Numbered from the stretch's first letter, positions 39,043 to 48,311 are shown. The stretch is 64,000 bases of DNA from an uncultured delta proteobacterium (GCA_963794325.1 CAWCDG010000004.1:32001-96000); one strand, 5' to 3'. Notes: generated by a model not told the origin, from the letters alone. Translations and numbers: made by a program.

Positions 39043-39891
39043 CTAGATCAAACTGTATCCGCTGCCCTTGCGCTCGAATCCAATTCCGAGACTGTTCACT
39101 TTGATTCCGTACTGCTTCAGCAACGACTGACTGTATGTCACCAGGCCCGTCACCTTGTCGAGCGGCTCCGTTGCGAGAATAAGCGCCGACTGCGCCATCC
39201 ATTCGACTGGCTCGCCCGTCGGATCGTCGGGGCCTGTCACCAGATGATGATGCACCGTGCCGGGAGTCGCGACGACTTGCGACGGCGATACGCACGTCAC
39301 TGAGATTCCATCTTCATAAACTTCTTCGGCAAGTCCCTGCGTGAAGCGTTCGAGTGCCGCCTTCTCCGCGCCGTAGCATACGCCGCCGCGAAACGGAGTG
39401 TCGTTCTTGTACGGTCCGCGGCCCGGTCCGATCGCCGCGCCCGATGAAATATTGACGATCGATCCAGACTTGCGCGGGATCATGTCCTTGAGCACGAGGT
39501 GACTCAGCATAAACGGGCCGTGAAGATTGACAGCGAACGATCGCATCCATCGCTTCGGCGGGAAATCCTTGACCGGGATGAAATAGGTCAGCGCCGCGTT
39601 GTTCACCAGAACGTCAACTGGTCCGTACAGCTTGTGCGTTTCTGCGATAAGCTTCTCGCAGTCGGCTTCCGACGAGACATCGCAAGTGACCGCCTCGGCC
39701 TCGCCGCCCGCCTTTTTGATTCCGGCGACCGTCGTCTCGAGCGATCCTTCCAGCGGATGCTCTCCCTCTTTCAGCGTGCGCGCCGAGCACACAACCTTCG
39801 CACCTTCCTTGGCGAACAAGTCCGCGATCGCCTTCCCGATCCCGCGACTCGCACCGGTTACGATTGCAACCTTACCCTTGAGCTTGGCCAT
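39043..39891 (-). CDS. SDR family NAD(P)-dependent oxidoreductase
   Basis: TGASRGIG, LVNNA, NISS, YGAEK catalytic motif. Confidence 0.92.
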   Translation of the reverse strand: MAKLKGKVAIVTGASRGIGKAIADLFAKEGAKVVCSARTLKEGEHPLEGSLETTVAGIKKAGGEAEAVTCDVSSEADCEKLIAETHKLYGPVDVLVNNAALTYFIPVKDFPPKRWMRSFAVNLHGPFMLSHLVLKDMIPRKSGSIVNISSGAAIGPGRGPYKNDTPFRGGVCYGAEKAALERFTQGLAEEVYEDGISVTCVSPSQVVATPGTVHHHLVTGPDDPTGEPVEWMAQSALILATEPLDKVTGLVTYSQSLLKQYGIKVNSLGIGFERKGSGYSLI

Positions 39892-39976
39892 CTAAAGATC
39901 TCCCTCGATGATGGGTCCGCGTGAATTGAGATCTCGTCGCGGCCCACATTTCTTATAGCGAGGAACGTAATCAAAT

Positions 39977-40029
39977 GTGAAACCCTTCGCGGGTTTCACG
40001 CTTCCGCGGCAGGGGTGACCCCTGCACCC
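39977..40029. repeat. Two-hairpin composite repeat (family A), copy 2
   Basis: GTGAAACCC-TTCGC-GGGTTTCAC followed by GCAGGGGTGACCCCTGCACCC. Confidence 0.8.
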
Positions 40030-40040
40030 GTATTCTTTGT

Positions 40041-40154
40041 GTCATTCTGAGCGAAAGCTGCTGTAGCGAAGAATCTCGACAGACGCTCTTGCGGCTGGCG
40101 TCGACGCGAGAGAGACGCGCTGCGCGCGAGATCCTTCGCTGCGCTCAGGATGAC
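40041..40154. repeat. Inverted-repeat element, family C (GTCATTCTGAGCG...GCGAAGAATCTC / GAGATCCTTCGCTGCGCTCAGGATGAC)
   Basis: Ends are imperfect inverted repeats; single arms recur at 52016-52040 and near 46114. Confidence 0.75.
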
Positions 40155-40252
40155 GCGAATCGCGGTGCGGTCCGGGTTTCCGATGACCACCGCGACTGTT
40201 ATTCTTTCCATCGAAGTTCCTCAGAATTTATTTCCCCCGGGACGATCAACCT

Positions 40253-41464
40253 GTGAGCCCTCTCGCTATCGTATTCATTCTGATTATCGCCGCGGGCGGC
40301 GGCGCGGGCCTCGTCTTCATCGGGGTCCTCATTCAGTGGAGCCTGCGCAAGGCGCTCCCGTCGCGTCCGGCTCAGCCGGAAATCGAGGCTGCGCCGCAAG
40401 TCGAGCCATTACCGCCGCCTGAGCTTGCGCCGGAACCGACGACCGAGCTCGCGCAGCCGGTCCCCACACCAGAACCCCAGCCTGAGCCAGAGCCGTATGT
40501 CGCGCCGCCTCCGCCGGTTCGCGAGCCGGTGCGAATCGGGCTCGGACTGCGCAAGACGCGCGAGAACTTTCTCGCGCGCATCAGGGCTGCGCTGACCGGC
40601 AGCGCGAAAATCGACGACATATATGAAGGCCTCGAGGAAGCGCTGATCGCCGCCGACGTTGGCGTCGATGCGAGCATGAAGATTTCAGCCGCAGTGCGCG
40701 CGAAGTTGGGCAACGACAATCGCCCCGACGCGATCCGCGACGCCCTCAAGGCCGAGATCGCCACAATCATGATGTCCGCGGATCGCGCGCCTGCCGACTC
40801 GGGCGATGCGCCGCTGGTTATCATGCTGGTCGGCGTCAACGGCGTCGGCAAAACGACGACCGTCGCGAAGCTCGCTGCGCGCTTCAAGAGCGAGCGCGGC
40901 AGCGTGATCGTCGCGGCGGCCGATACCTTCCGCGCGGCCGCAATCGAGCAGCTCGAAGTATGGTGCGATCGCGCCGGCGCCGACATTATCAAGCAATCGC
41001 AAGGATCCGATCCTGCCGCGGTCGCCTTCGACGCCGTAAAAGCCGCGATCGCGCGCAAAACGAGCACGGTGCTGATCGACACGGCCGGGCGCCTTCAAAC
41101 CAAAGTTAATTTGATGGAGGAGCTCAAGAAGATTGCCCGCGTTGTCGCGCGCGAGTTGCCCGGCGCGCCGCATGAGACCTGGCTGGTGCTCGACGCCAAC
41201 ACGGGTCAGAATGCGCTCAGTCAGGCTTCGATTTTTGGCGACGCGGTGCCGCTCACCGGAGTGGTGCTGGCCAAGCTCGACAGCACGGCGAAGGGCGGCG
41301 TGGTGGTTGCGGTGGCGGAGCGCCTCAAGATTCCGGTGCGGTTTGTGGGACTCGGCGAGGCGATCGAGGATTTGCGCGAGTTCGACGCGCGCGAATTTGT
41401 CGAAGCGCTGTTTGCAACTGACGGCGCAGGAGAGCAGAGTTCCAGCGGCTCTTATGCAGCTTGA
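40253..41464 (+). CDS. ftsY: Signal recognition particle receptor FtsY
   Basis: GLRKTR, GVNGVGKTTT, DTFRAAA, DTAGR, KLDSTAKGG; N-terminal TM and Pro-rich linker. Confidence 0.95.
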   Translation: MSPLAIVFILIIAAGGGAGLVFIGVLIQWSLRKALPSRPAQPEIEAAPQVEPLPPPELAPEPTTELAQPVPTPEPQPEPEPYVAPPPPVREPVRIGLGLRKTRENFLARIRAALTGSAKIDDIYEGLEEALIAADVGVDASMKISAAVRAKLGNDNRPDAIRDALKAEIATIMMSADRAPADSGDAPLVIMLVGVNGVGKTTTVAKLAARFKSERGSVIVAAADTFRAAAIEQLEVWCDRAGADIIKQSQGSDPAAVAFDAVKAAIARKTSTVLIDTAGRLQTKVNLMEELKKIARVVARELPGAPHETWLVLDANTGQNALSQASIFGDAVPLTGVVLAKLDSTAKGGVVVAVAERLKIPVRFVGLGEAIEDLREFDAREFVEALFATDGAGEQSSSGSYAA

Positions 41465-41490
41465 CAGCGTAGTTTATCGAAATTTAAACT
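41461..41490 (+). promoter_or_regulatory. Putative sigma70 promoter for zapB-zapA
   Basis: TTGACA, 18-nt spacer, TAAACT; ends 21 nt before the ATG at 41512. Confidence 0.55.
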
Positions 41491-41511
41491 AAAGGTAGAA
41501 GATTTTCTCTC

Positions 41512-41760
41512 ATGGCCACAGATGTCTTAAAGCAACTAGACGAACGAATTCAAGCTTCCGTTGCGCGTATCCAGCAATTGCGCAAGGAAAATGAGCAACT
41601 CGCGCAGAAGCTTGCGGAAATGGAAAAACGCTATGCCGACGCGTCCGGCATGGTTAAGCAGCTGAGCGCCGAACGCCAGCAGCATGAAAACGAGCGCAAC
41701 GACGTGCGCACCCGGATCGAGAAAATCCTCACCCGCTTCGACGGGATCGATCTTGGATAG
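41512..41760 (+). CDS. zapB: ZapB-like coiled-coil cell division protein
   Basis: 82-aa coiled coil ending VRTRIEKIL; directly upstream of zapA. Confidence 0.7.
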   Translation: MATDVLKQLDERIQASVARIQQLRKENEQLAQKLAEMEKRYADASGMVKQLSAERQQHENERNDVRTRIEKILTRFDGIDLG

Positions 41761-41763
41761 AAA

Positions 41764-42036
41764 ATGAAAGGCATCAGCGTCCAGATCATGGGACAAAACC
41801 TGACAGTCGCCAGCGAGGCAGGCGACGACTGGGTCAAGTCCCTGGCTGAGACGGTGGACGAGAAGATTAAGGATATCCGTGCCGGGAGCCAGACCATCAA
41901 TTCGGTGAACCTGGCAATCCTGGCTGCGTTAAATTTCGCCGAAGAACTCGAACACTTGCGCCGGGAGCATCAGGAGCTGGTGGATCGAATTGCGGCGATG
42001 AATAAACGGCTGTCCGCGGCTATCGACGGAGAATGA
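41764..42036 (+). CDS. zapA: Cell division protein ZapA
   Basis: VQIMGQ...A..VDEKI...AILAALNFAEEL. Confidence 0.9.
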   Translation: MKGISVQIMGQNLTVASEAGDDWVKSLAETVDEKIKDIRAGSQTINSVNLAILAALNFAEELEHLRREHQELVDRIAAMNKRLSAAIDGE

Positions 42037-42084
42037 GCATGAACCGTCGAGACCTCGCGCGGCATCCGAGAGGTGAACGATTTC

Positions 42085-42314
42085 GGACGGGGGCGGGAAT
42101 GGAATTGTGGATCTCGAGAGCAGCCTAAACGCGGTGCTTACAGGAATGAGGACCGTGCGATATTTTTCGACCGCATCCAAGGCTTTCGCGATAAAACCTT
42201 TCGCGGATACAGGCCGGCTGTCAGCCGGTTCGAGAGTACAGCGACACGCGCACGTGACGGCAACGAAAACGAACAGCGACACGGCGCTATCGAGCAGTTG
42301 AACCCGCTCCCGCC
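42085..42314 (+). ncRNA. ssrS: Probable 6S RNA (ssrS)
   Basis: Lies between zapA and ygfA, the canonical position. Folds by eye into a long rod with a closing stem, a central bubble of about 28 nt per side and an inner stem. G-U pairs favour the + strand. Ends approximate. Confidence 0.6.
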
Positions 42315-43028
42315 ATGGCAACCACTGTGGCGGATGAAAAGAAAAATCTTCGCGCAATCATGAGCGCATGCCGCGTCGCGCTGCCCGGCGACCGCGTTGC
42401 GGCATGGTCGGAAAGCGTGCAGCGCCAGGTGCTCGCGAGCGAGTCCTGGCGCGACGCATCCGCAATCGTTTTATACGCCGCAATCGGTAACGAGGTTTCA
42501 ACTGACCTCATCTTCGATGACGCGCTGCGATCCGGACGCGCTGTCTTCTATCCGCGCGTCGATACCTCGACGGCTACGATGGTCGGGCGACGCATTCGCA
42601 ATCGCGCAGATCTGATCCGCGGCGCGTATGGAATCCTCGAGCCGCCTGAGTCGTCTGAAATACTCGACAACAAAAGTTTCGCGAAAATTCTCGTGTGTGT
42701 TCCCGGCGTTGCCTTCGGACTCGAAGGACAGCGATTGGGCCGTGGTGGGGGTCACTATGATCGTTTCATCGCCCAGCTCGGTGGCGAAGCGATCACTGTG
42801 GGGCTCGCCTTTTCATTCCAGCTGCTCGATCGAATCCCCGAGTCGGGACTCGACCGGCGGCTTAACTTCATCGTGACCGAGTCCGCGATTCATCGTGCCT
42901 GCGAAGCGCCACTGCCAGCACGCCGAATGCGGACAAAGGAGGTAAACCCGGGTGCTCATAACCGCAATCCTGGGATTCATAGTTGGTGGCGCGGTCTTTT
43001 TCATTTGGGGAATAACGAAACAGCGTAA
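42315..43028 (+). CDS. ygfA: 5-formyltetrahydrofolate cyclo-ligase
   Basis: K..LR, Y....NEVST, YGILEP, VPGVAF...GQRLGRGGGHYDR. Confidence 0.9.
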   Translation: MATTVADEKKNLRAIMSACRVALPGDRVAAWSESVQRQVLASESWRDASAIVLYAAIGNEVSTDLIFDDALRSGRAVFYPRVDTSTATMVGRRIRNRADLIRGAYGILEPPESSEILDNKSFAKILVCVPGVAFGLEGQRLGRGGGHYDRFIAQLGGEAITVGLAFSFQLLDRIPESGLDRRLNFIVTESAIHRACEAPLPARRMRTKEVNPGAHNRNPGIHSWWRGLFHLGNNETA

Positions 43029-44508
43029 GGACGCCGTTAACCTGGAGGCCGCGCGCGCTCAGGCCGAAGAAATAACCAAGGAGGCTCAAAAACGGAGCCA
43101 GTTAGTAGTTAAGGAGGCAGAGCTCAAGGCAAAGGACATGGTGGTCGGCGCGAAGGCCGACGCCGAACGCGAGATGCGCGATCGCAGGCGCGAGATTGCC
43201 GCGATCGAACAGAAACTCGAAGCACGCGAGGAGACTTTCGAAAAGCGCCAGGAAGCATTCGAACGGCGCGAAGCCGATCTGAATCGGCGCGATCAAAGTC
43301 TGCGCACGCGTGAGAAAAGTCTCACCGATAAGGAAGAAGTACTGCAGGCTCATATCGACGAGGCGCGCACCAAGCTCGAAGCGGTCGCCGGCCTGACCCG
43401 CGAAGAAGCCAAGCGCTCGCTGATGGACGAGATGATCGGGCAGGCGCGCACCGACGCCGCCAAGCACATCCGAATCGTCGAGGAAGAAGCGCGCGAGGAG
43501 GCCGACCGCCGCGCCAAGCGAGTCATCGCGATTGCGATCGAGCGGCTGGCGGGCGAGTTCGTCGCCGAGCGCACGGTCTCGGTGATTCCGCTGCCCAACG
43601 ACGAGATGAAGGGCCGCATCATCGGCCGCGAAGGACGCAACATCCGCGCGATCGAGGCGGCCACCGGCGTCGATATCATCATCGACGATACTCCCGAGGC
43701 GGTCGTAATTTCGTGTCACAACCCGATTCGCCGGGAGATCGCGCGCGTCGCACTCATGCAGCTCATCTCGGACGGCCGCATTCATCCGGGCCGGATCGAG
43801 GAAGTCGTACGCAAGGCCGAGCAGCAGGTCGAGGAATCGATTCGCGAGGCCGGTCAGCGCGCGATCATCGAAGTCGGAGTGCACGGAATCCATCCCGAAC
43901 TGGTCAAGCTGCTCGGGATGCTCAAGTTCCGCTACAGCTACGCGCAGAACGTGCTGATGCATTCGATCGAAGCGGCGTTCATCGCCGGCGCGATGGCGGC
44001 CGAGCTGGGACTCAACGAAAAGCAGGCGCGCCGCGCCGCCCTGCTGCACGACATCGGCAAAGCGCTGACCCATGAGGTCGAAGGATCGCACGCGTTGATC
44101 GGCGGCGAGATCGCACGCAAGTACGGCGAGTCGGCGAAGATCGTAAATGCGATCGCGGCGCATCATGAGGAAGTCAAAGCCGAGACAATCCTCGCGCCGA
44201 TCGTCGATGCGGCCGACGCGCTCTCAGGCGCGCGTCCGGGAGCCCGGCGCGAAGTGCTCGAGAGCTACGTCAAGCGCCTCGAAGATCTCGAGACAATCGC
44301 GAAGTCGTTCAAGGGCGTCGAGAAATGTTTCGCCGTGCAGGCCGGACGCGAGATGCGCGTGATCGTCGAGCCGAGCCAGATCTCCGACGAGGACACCTCG
44401 ATGCTGGCGCGCGACGTCGCGCGCAAAATCGAAACCGATATGACGTATCCCGGACAGATTCGGGTCACCGTCATCCGCGAGACCCGCGCCACCGAGCTCG
44501 CGAAATAA
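42952..44508 (+). CDS. rny: Ribonuclease Y
   Basis: N-terminal TM, coiled coil, KH (KGRIIGREGRNIR), HD (LLHDIGK), DALSGARPGAR. Confidence 0.97.
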   Translation: MLITAILGFIVGGAVFFIWGITKQRKDAVNLEAARAQAEEITKEAQKRSQLVVKEAELKAKDMVVGAKADAEREMRDRRREIAAIEQKLEAREETFEKRQEAFERREADLNRRDQSLRTREKSLTDKEEVLQAHIDEARTKLEAVAGLTREEAKRSLMDEMIGQARTDAAKHIRIVEEEAREEADRRAKRVIAIAIERLAGEFVAERTVSVIPLPNDEMKGRIIGREGRNIRAIEAATGVDIIIDDTPEAVVISCHNPIRREIARVALMQLISDGRIHPGRIEEVVRKAEQQVEESIREAGQRAIIEVGVHGIHPELVKLLGMLKFRYSYAQNVLMHSIEAAFIAGAMAAELGLNEKQARRAALLHDIGKALTHEVEGSHALIGGEIARKYGESAKIVNAIAAHHEEVKAETILAPIVDAADALSGARPGARREVLESYVKRLEDLETIAKSFKGVEKCFAVQAGREMRVIVEPSQISDEDTSMLARDVARKIETDMTYPGQIRVTVIRETRATELAK

Positions 44509-44528
44509 CAGCTACGCAATTTCAATTC

Positions 44529-44568
44529 GGAGGCCCGATCGCACAACGCGATCGGGCCTCCGTGCTTT
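44529..44568 (+). terminator. Probable terminator hairpin after rny
   Basis: GGAGGCCCGATCGC-ACAAC-GCGATCGGGCCTCC with a weak T tail. Confidence 0.65.
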
Positions 44569-44631
44569 AGCAGTATGCTTCCCTTACGAGATGTTGTCCC
44601 GCAGTTACACACCTGCCAACCTGAAGCGTAA

Positions 44632-44925
44632 ATGCGAATCCTGATTCTGTCTCTCGCGCTATGCTGTTTGATGGGGTGCAGCACCTGGGAGGGAGTTCAG
44701 GACGATCCTGCCAACCATCAGAAGATCGTGACAGCTGCCGCCCGGGGTCTCGACGCATGCCAATCCCGCATGGATGAGCTCGCGCGGGCGAACGTCACGA
44801 TGCTGGACCACAGCCGGCAACTCATGCTGACTCTCTTCAGCTTCGGTTATGTGCCGTCCTATGTATGCGTCGGCAAAGTCCCGTACGACGGCTCCAATGC
44901 GCCGGCAGACTCGAGCAACCATTAG
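44632..44925 (+). CDS. Hypothetical lipoprotein
   Basis: Signal peptide with lipobox LMGC; two further Cys. Confidence 0.55.
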   Translation: MRILILSLALCCLMGCSTWEGVQDDPANHQKIVTAAARGLDACQSRMDELARANVTMLDHSRQLMLTLFSFGYVPSYVCVGKVPYDGSNAPADSSNH

Positions 44926-44942
44926 AAAAGGGGTTCCCGGAT

Positions 44943-45530
44943 ATGTCTCTACGTCTCAGGCACATACTCTTCGTCCTGTGCTTTGTCTCCGGCTGCTCCA
45001 TATACATGGAAGCGACGCGTCCAACGCCGGTCGATCTGGGGAAGTTCCATCCCGGTGACAGCCGCTCCTCCGTCACCCAGGAGCTAGGATCGCCGGTCAC
45101 TACGAGCAAAGGCAGTGGCGGCACGAGCTGCGATTTATACTTGCTTTACACCAAGGGCTACGGCGTCGCGGGTAAGGCACCGATAGCGGTCGGCGAACTC
45201 GCAGCCGATTTCTTCACCCTAGGCCTGGCAGAGATCGTCCTGTCGCCCACCGAGGCTGCCACCAGAAACGAAAAGAGGACGGTGTGGTTTTGCTACCAGA
45301 ATGACGCGCTCTCAAGCGTGACCGTGAAGAGTGCGGGGGCCGAGACGTCGACGCCCACGACGCCGACCCCGTCCCCAGCGTCCACCAGTTCGTCTCCGGT
45401 CCCTTCTCTCGCGTCCACGCCTGTTCCAGCCGAAACTGCCACTCCGACTGATCTCGCCACACCTGTGCCGTCAAATCCCGCGACTGCGACACCGAGCGCG
45501 ACTCCGTCGACCGGCCAACAGTCTCAGTGA
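44943..45530 (+). CDS. Hypothetical lipoprotein (SmpA/OmlA-like start) with a Pro/Thr/Ser-rich tail
   Basis: Lipobox VSGC; G.SR..V..ELG.P; start reassigned to ATG 44943 (AGGGG RBS). Confidence 0.65.
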   Translation: MSLRLRHILFVLCFVSGCSIYMEATRPTPVDLGKFHPGDSRSSVTQELGSPVTTSKGSGGTSCDLYLLYTKGYGVAGKAPIAVGELAADFFTLGLAEIVLSPTEAATRNEKRTVWFCYQNDALSSVTVKSAGAETSTPTTPTPSPASTSSSPVPSLASTPVPAETATPTDLATPVPSNPATATPSATPSTGQQSQ

Positions 45531-45571
45531 CCTTCGTGCGTTAGCGCGACGCTTCGGTTACCTTCGACGGA

Positions 45572-46123
45572 ATGTTCGAAGCCGAACGAATTGCCGGGAC
45601 TGATCTGGAACCAGGCCGGCTGCGCGAATATCTCCGCCCGCCGTTTCGCAAATTCGAATTCTCGACGCCGATGAGCCCCGCGCATGCCTCAAGAATCCTC
45701 CAGGAGATCGTCGAGCCGCCGCGAAAATGGGGATGGCCGACTTCCAGCAAGCGCGGATATTTCGAAGGCAGGGTGGCGGGTAGCCGTTTCAAAATCCATC
45801 GCGTCATCGGCTACCAGAACTCGTTCATCCCGATAATCGAAGGGAGCTTCCGCCGCGACGGGCTGGCGACGACGGTCGCGGTGAACATGCGATTGGTGTG
45901 GCCGGTCATTCCCGTCTGGGTCGGCATAATAATTTTCCTGGGGTGGAGTTCAGTGAGCGTCGATTCACCGGTGGCCGGACCCTTCGCCGTTCGAATGGTA
46001 GTAATCGCAATGACGCTGTTCATCTACCTGGTCGCGACCGTCCCCTTCGCAATCGAATCGCGAATCGCATTGAAACGCCTGCTGGAACTCCTGCGGTCGG
46101 GCCCCGCTCTTTCGTCACCCTGA
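45572..46123 (+). CDS. Hypothetical membrane protein
   Basis: F.G.V....F.I.R.I.YQNSFIP domain followed by two TM helices. Confidence 0.6.
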   Translation: MFEAERIAGTDLEPGRLREYLRPPFRKFEFSTPMSPAHASRILQEIVEPPRKWGWPTSSKRGYFEGRVAGSRFKIHRVIGYQNSFIPIIEGSFRRDGLATTVAVNMRLVWPVIPVWVGIIIFLGWSSVSVDSPVAGPFAVRMVVIAMTLFIYLVATVPFAIESRIALKRLLELLRSGPALSSP

Positions 46124-46144
46124 GCGAAGCGTAAGCCCAAAATT

Positions 46145-46186
46145 CCGGTTCCCCTTCCCGCTCGGGAAGGGGTTAGGGGTTAGGTT
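46145..46186. repeat. Palindromic REP-like family B (CCCCTTCCC...GGGAAGGGGTTAGGGGTTAGG)
   Basis: Related copies at 60915-60955, 60981-61008, about 16690-16726 and about 57743-57781. Confidence 0.7.
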
Positions 46187-46266
46187 GCACGGATCCATCG
46201 CAACACCTGCCGCTCGCTTCGATCGTCCTTTACCGCCGCGAAGCCAAACGCTATCATCCATCCACG

Positions 46267-46806
46267 ATGCCCACCACGCGCGAAGTCCTCGATGCGACCA
46301 TCGCATTGGAAAAACAGAGCATGGCGCTGTACGCCCGCTTCGCGAAAATCTTTGCGAACGATCACGCCCTGCAGGATTTCTGGTTCGGGATGGCGCGTGA
46401 CGAGGCCCGCCATGTCGGCGCACTCGACCTCGTCACGACCGTGCTCGATCAGGAATCGATGCTCGACAAGCCGAGTCCCATCTCGCTCGAAGATGCGACT
46501 ATCGTGCGGCTTCGCGCGTTGCTCCAGAAATCGCAGGCCGACGCGACGCCGAACATCAAGCTCGATCGCGCACTCGAAATTGCGCTCGAAGTCGAGGAGA
46601 CCGAGCTTGAAGATCTCGTCTCCGATCTCCTCAAAGCTCTGCAAGCGCCCGACGAGTACGAGCGATGCCTCCGCCTGCTGGTTCACGACCTCGGCGAGCT
46701 CAGCTACATGATCGAGCGCCACTCCGCCGATCCCGCGCTGCTCTCGCGATGCGACGCGCTCGTCAATCGTCACGCCGAGACGCTCCGCCACACCGCGCTC
46801 AGGTAA
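46267..46806 (+). CDS. Ferritin-like/rubrerythrin-like four-helix protein
   Basis: LE..SMALY..FA; FW..MA.DEARH (ExxH); second half ALEVEETE...HD. Confidence 0.6.
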   Translation: MPTTREVLDATIALEKQSMALYARFAKIFANDHALQDFWFGMARDEARHVGALDLVTTVLDQESMLDKPSPISLEDATIVRLRALLQKSQADATPNIKLDRALEIALEVEETELEDLVSDLLKALQAPDEYERCLRLLVHDLGELSYMIERHSADPALLSRCDALVNRHAETLRHTALR

Positions 46807-46863
46807 CGTCGCGCCGATGCGGTGGCGCGCGCGATGGCCGTTGGTTATATTTCAGGGCTGCGC

Positions 46864-46939
46864 TGAGGAGTGGCCAAATTGGTAAGGCACCTGACTCTGG
46901 ATCAGGCGATTGTAGGTTCGAGTCCTACCTCCTCAGCCA
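46864..46939 (+). tRNA. tRNA-Gln (anticodon CTG)
   Basis: Cloverleaf; anticodon arm CCTGA-CTCTGGA-TCAGG; T-loop GGTTCGAGTCC; encoded CCA. Confidence 0.97.
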
Positions 46940-46979
46940 AGTAAATTGAACGCGCGCCGGCCTCGAAGCGCGCGACGAT

Positions 46980-47054
46980 GGTCCCATCGTCTAGTGGTTA
47001 GGACACCGGCCTCTCACGTCGGGAACGCGGGTTCGACTCCCGCTGGGATCACCA
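46980..47054 (+). tRNA. tRNA-Glu (anticodon CTC)
   Basis: Cloverleaf; anticodon arm CCGGC-CTCTCAC-GTCGG; GGTTCGACTCC; encoded CCA. Confidence 0.97.
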
Positions 47055-47099
47055 GGAAGATTTGGTTATTTTTGATGTTCAGGGCCCTCCTGCAGGCAT

Positions 47100-48305
47100 T
47101 TGACACCCACATTTTACAACCACGCTGTGCGAATATCCCGATGTAGCGTTGCGGCGAGTATCGCGATTGCGATCTCGCTTGCTGCGTGGGGATGTAAAAA
47201 AGCTGCGATGCCGGTCGCTGCGCCGGTGCCGGAAGTTGTGGTCACCGAGGTCGTTCAGCGCAACGTGCCGGTTTACTCGGATTGGGTTGGCACGACTGAG
47301 GGTTTCGTAAACGCGGACATCTATCCGAAAATTTCCGGCTACCTGCTGAAGCAGAACTACCGGGACGGCGACAAGGTGCATACCGGCCAGTTGCTGTTTC
47401 AAATCGACGATCGCGAGTATAAGGCTGCGCTCGACCAGGCGATCGGCGACCTCGGCCAGAAACAGGCCGACTACAAAAGGAACGCGCAGGACCTTTCCCG
47501 CTACAAGCCGCTCTACGATCAACAGGTAATCAGCAAGCAGGATTTCGATCACGTCGATCAGAACACTCGCGCTAGTAAGGCTGCGGTAGCGGCGGCCCAG
47601 GCTGCGGTCGAGACCGCGAAGCTCAACGAGGATTGGACGCAGGTAAATTCTCCAATCGACGGTATTGCGGGGATCGCGAAGACGCAGGTCGGAAATCTGG
47701 TCAGCCCGACCTCGTTGCTGACGACCGTCTCGCAGCTCGATCCGATCAAGGTCGAATTTCCAATCAGCGAGCGCGAGTATTTGCATTTCGCCGACAAAAT
47801 TAATCGCCACGAGAGAGACGGTGACTCCAAGCAGGATCCCGACCTGGAAATGATTCTCGCCGACGGCAGTACCTACAAGTATCGCGGCCGTTTCTACGTC
47901 GCGAATCGGCAGGTTAATATCCAGACCGGCACAATCAAGATCCAGGGGATCTTTCCGAATCCTGAAAATATTCTCCGCCCCGGTCTCTATGCGAAGATCC
48001 GCTCGGCGACCGACGTGCGCAAGGACGCGCTGCTCGTGCCGCAAGCCGCGGTGCTCGAGACCCAGGGCCAATACCAGGTCGGCGTGGTCGGCGCCGACAA
48101 CAAGGTCACGCTGCGGATGGTCAAGACCGGCAAGCAGGTCGGCGACCTCCGGATTATCGACGAAGGAGTCTCACCGGGCGAACGCGTCATCACCGAAGGA
48201 TTGCAAAAAGTTTCGGACGGCATGGAAGTGAATCCGCGAGTGGTTCCCCCCGAGCCCGCGCCGGCCGTGTCCCCAGCGTCATCGGACCAGGCGCCCCAGA
48301 CTTAA
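47100..48305 (+). CDS. RND efflux periplasmic adaptor (AcrA/MexE-like) lipoprotein; start uncertain
   Basis: Lipobox AWGC; I.PKISGYL...G..V..GQLLFQID; SPIDGIAG; LRPGLYA. Confidence 0.92.
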   Translation: MTPTFYNHAVRISRCSVAASIAIAISLAAWGCKKAAMPVAAPVPEVVVTEVVQRNVPVYSDWVGTTEGFVNADIYPKISGYLLKQNYRDGDKVHTGQLLFQIDDREYKAALDQAIGDLGQKQADYKRNAQDLSRYKPLYDQQVISKQDFDHVDQNTRASKAAVAAAQAAVETAKLNEDWTQVNSPIDGIAGIAKTQVGNLVSPTSLLTTVSQLDPIKVEFPISEREYLHFADKINRHERDGDSKQDPDLEMILADGSTYKYRGRFYVANRQVNIQTGTIKIQGIFPNPENILRPGLYAKIRSATDVRKDALLVPQAAVLETQGQYQVGVVGADNKVTLRMVKTGKQVGDLRIIDEGVSPGERVITEGLQKVSDGMEVNPRVVPPEPAPAVSPASSDQAPQT

Positions 48306-48311
48306 GTCGCG

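Noticed and set aside
42073-42363. Short ORFs between zapA and ygfA
   Set aside because: No motifs or RBS; the region is better explained by a structured 6S-like RNA.
46864-47100. Prophage or integrative element at the tRNA-Gln/tRNA-Glu pair
   Set aside because: No integrase, and I saw no duplicated tRNA 3' end elsewhere in the window.
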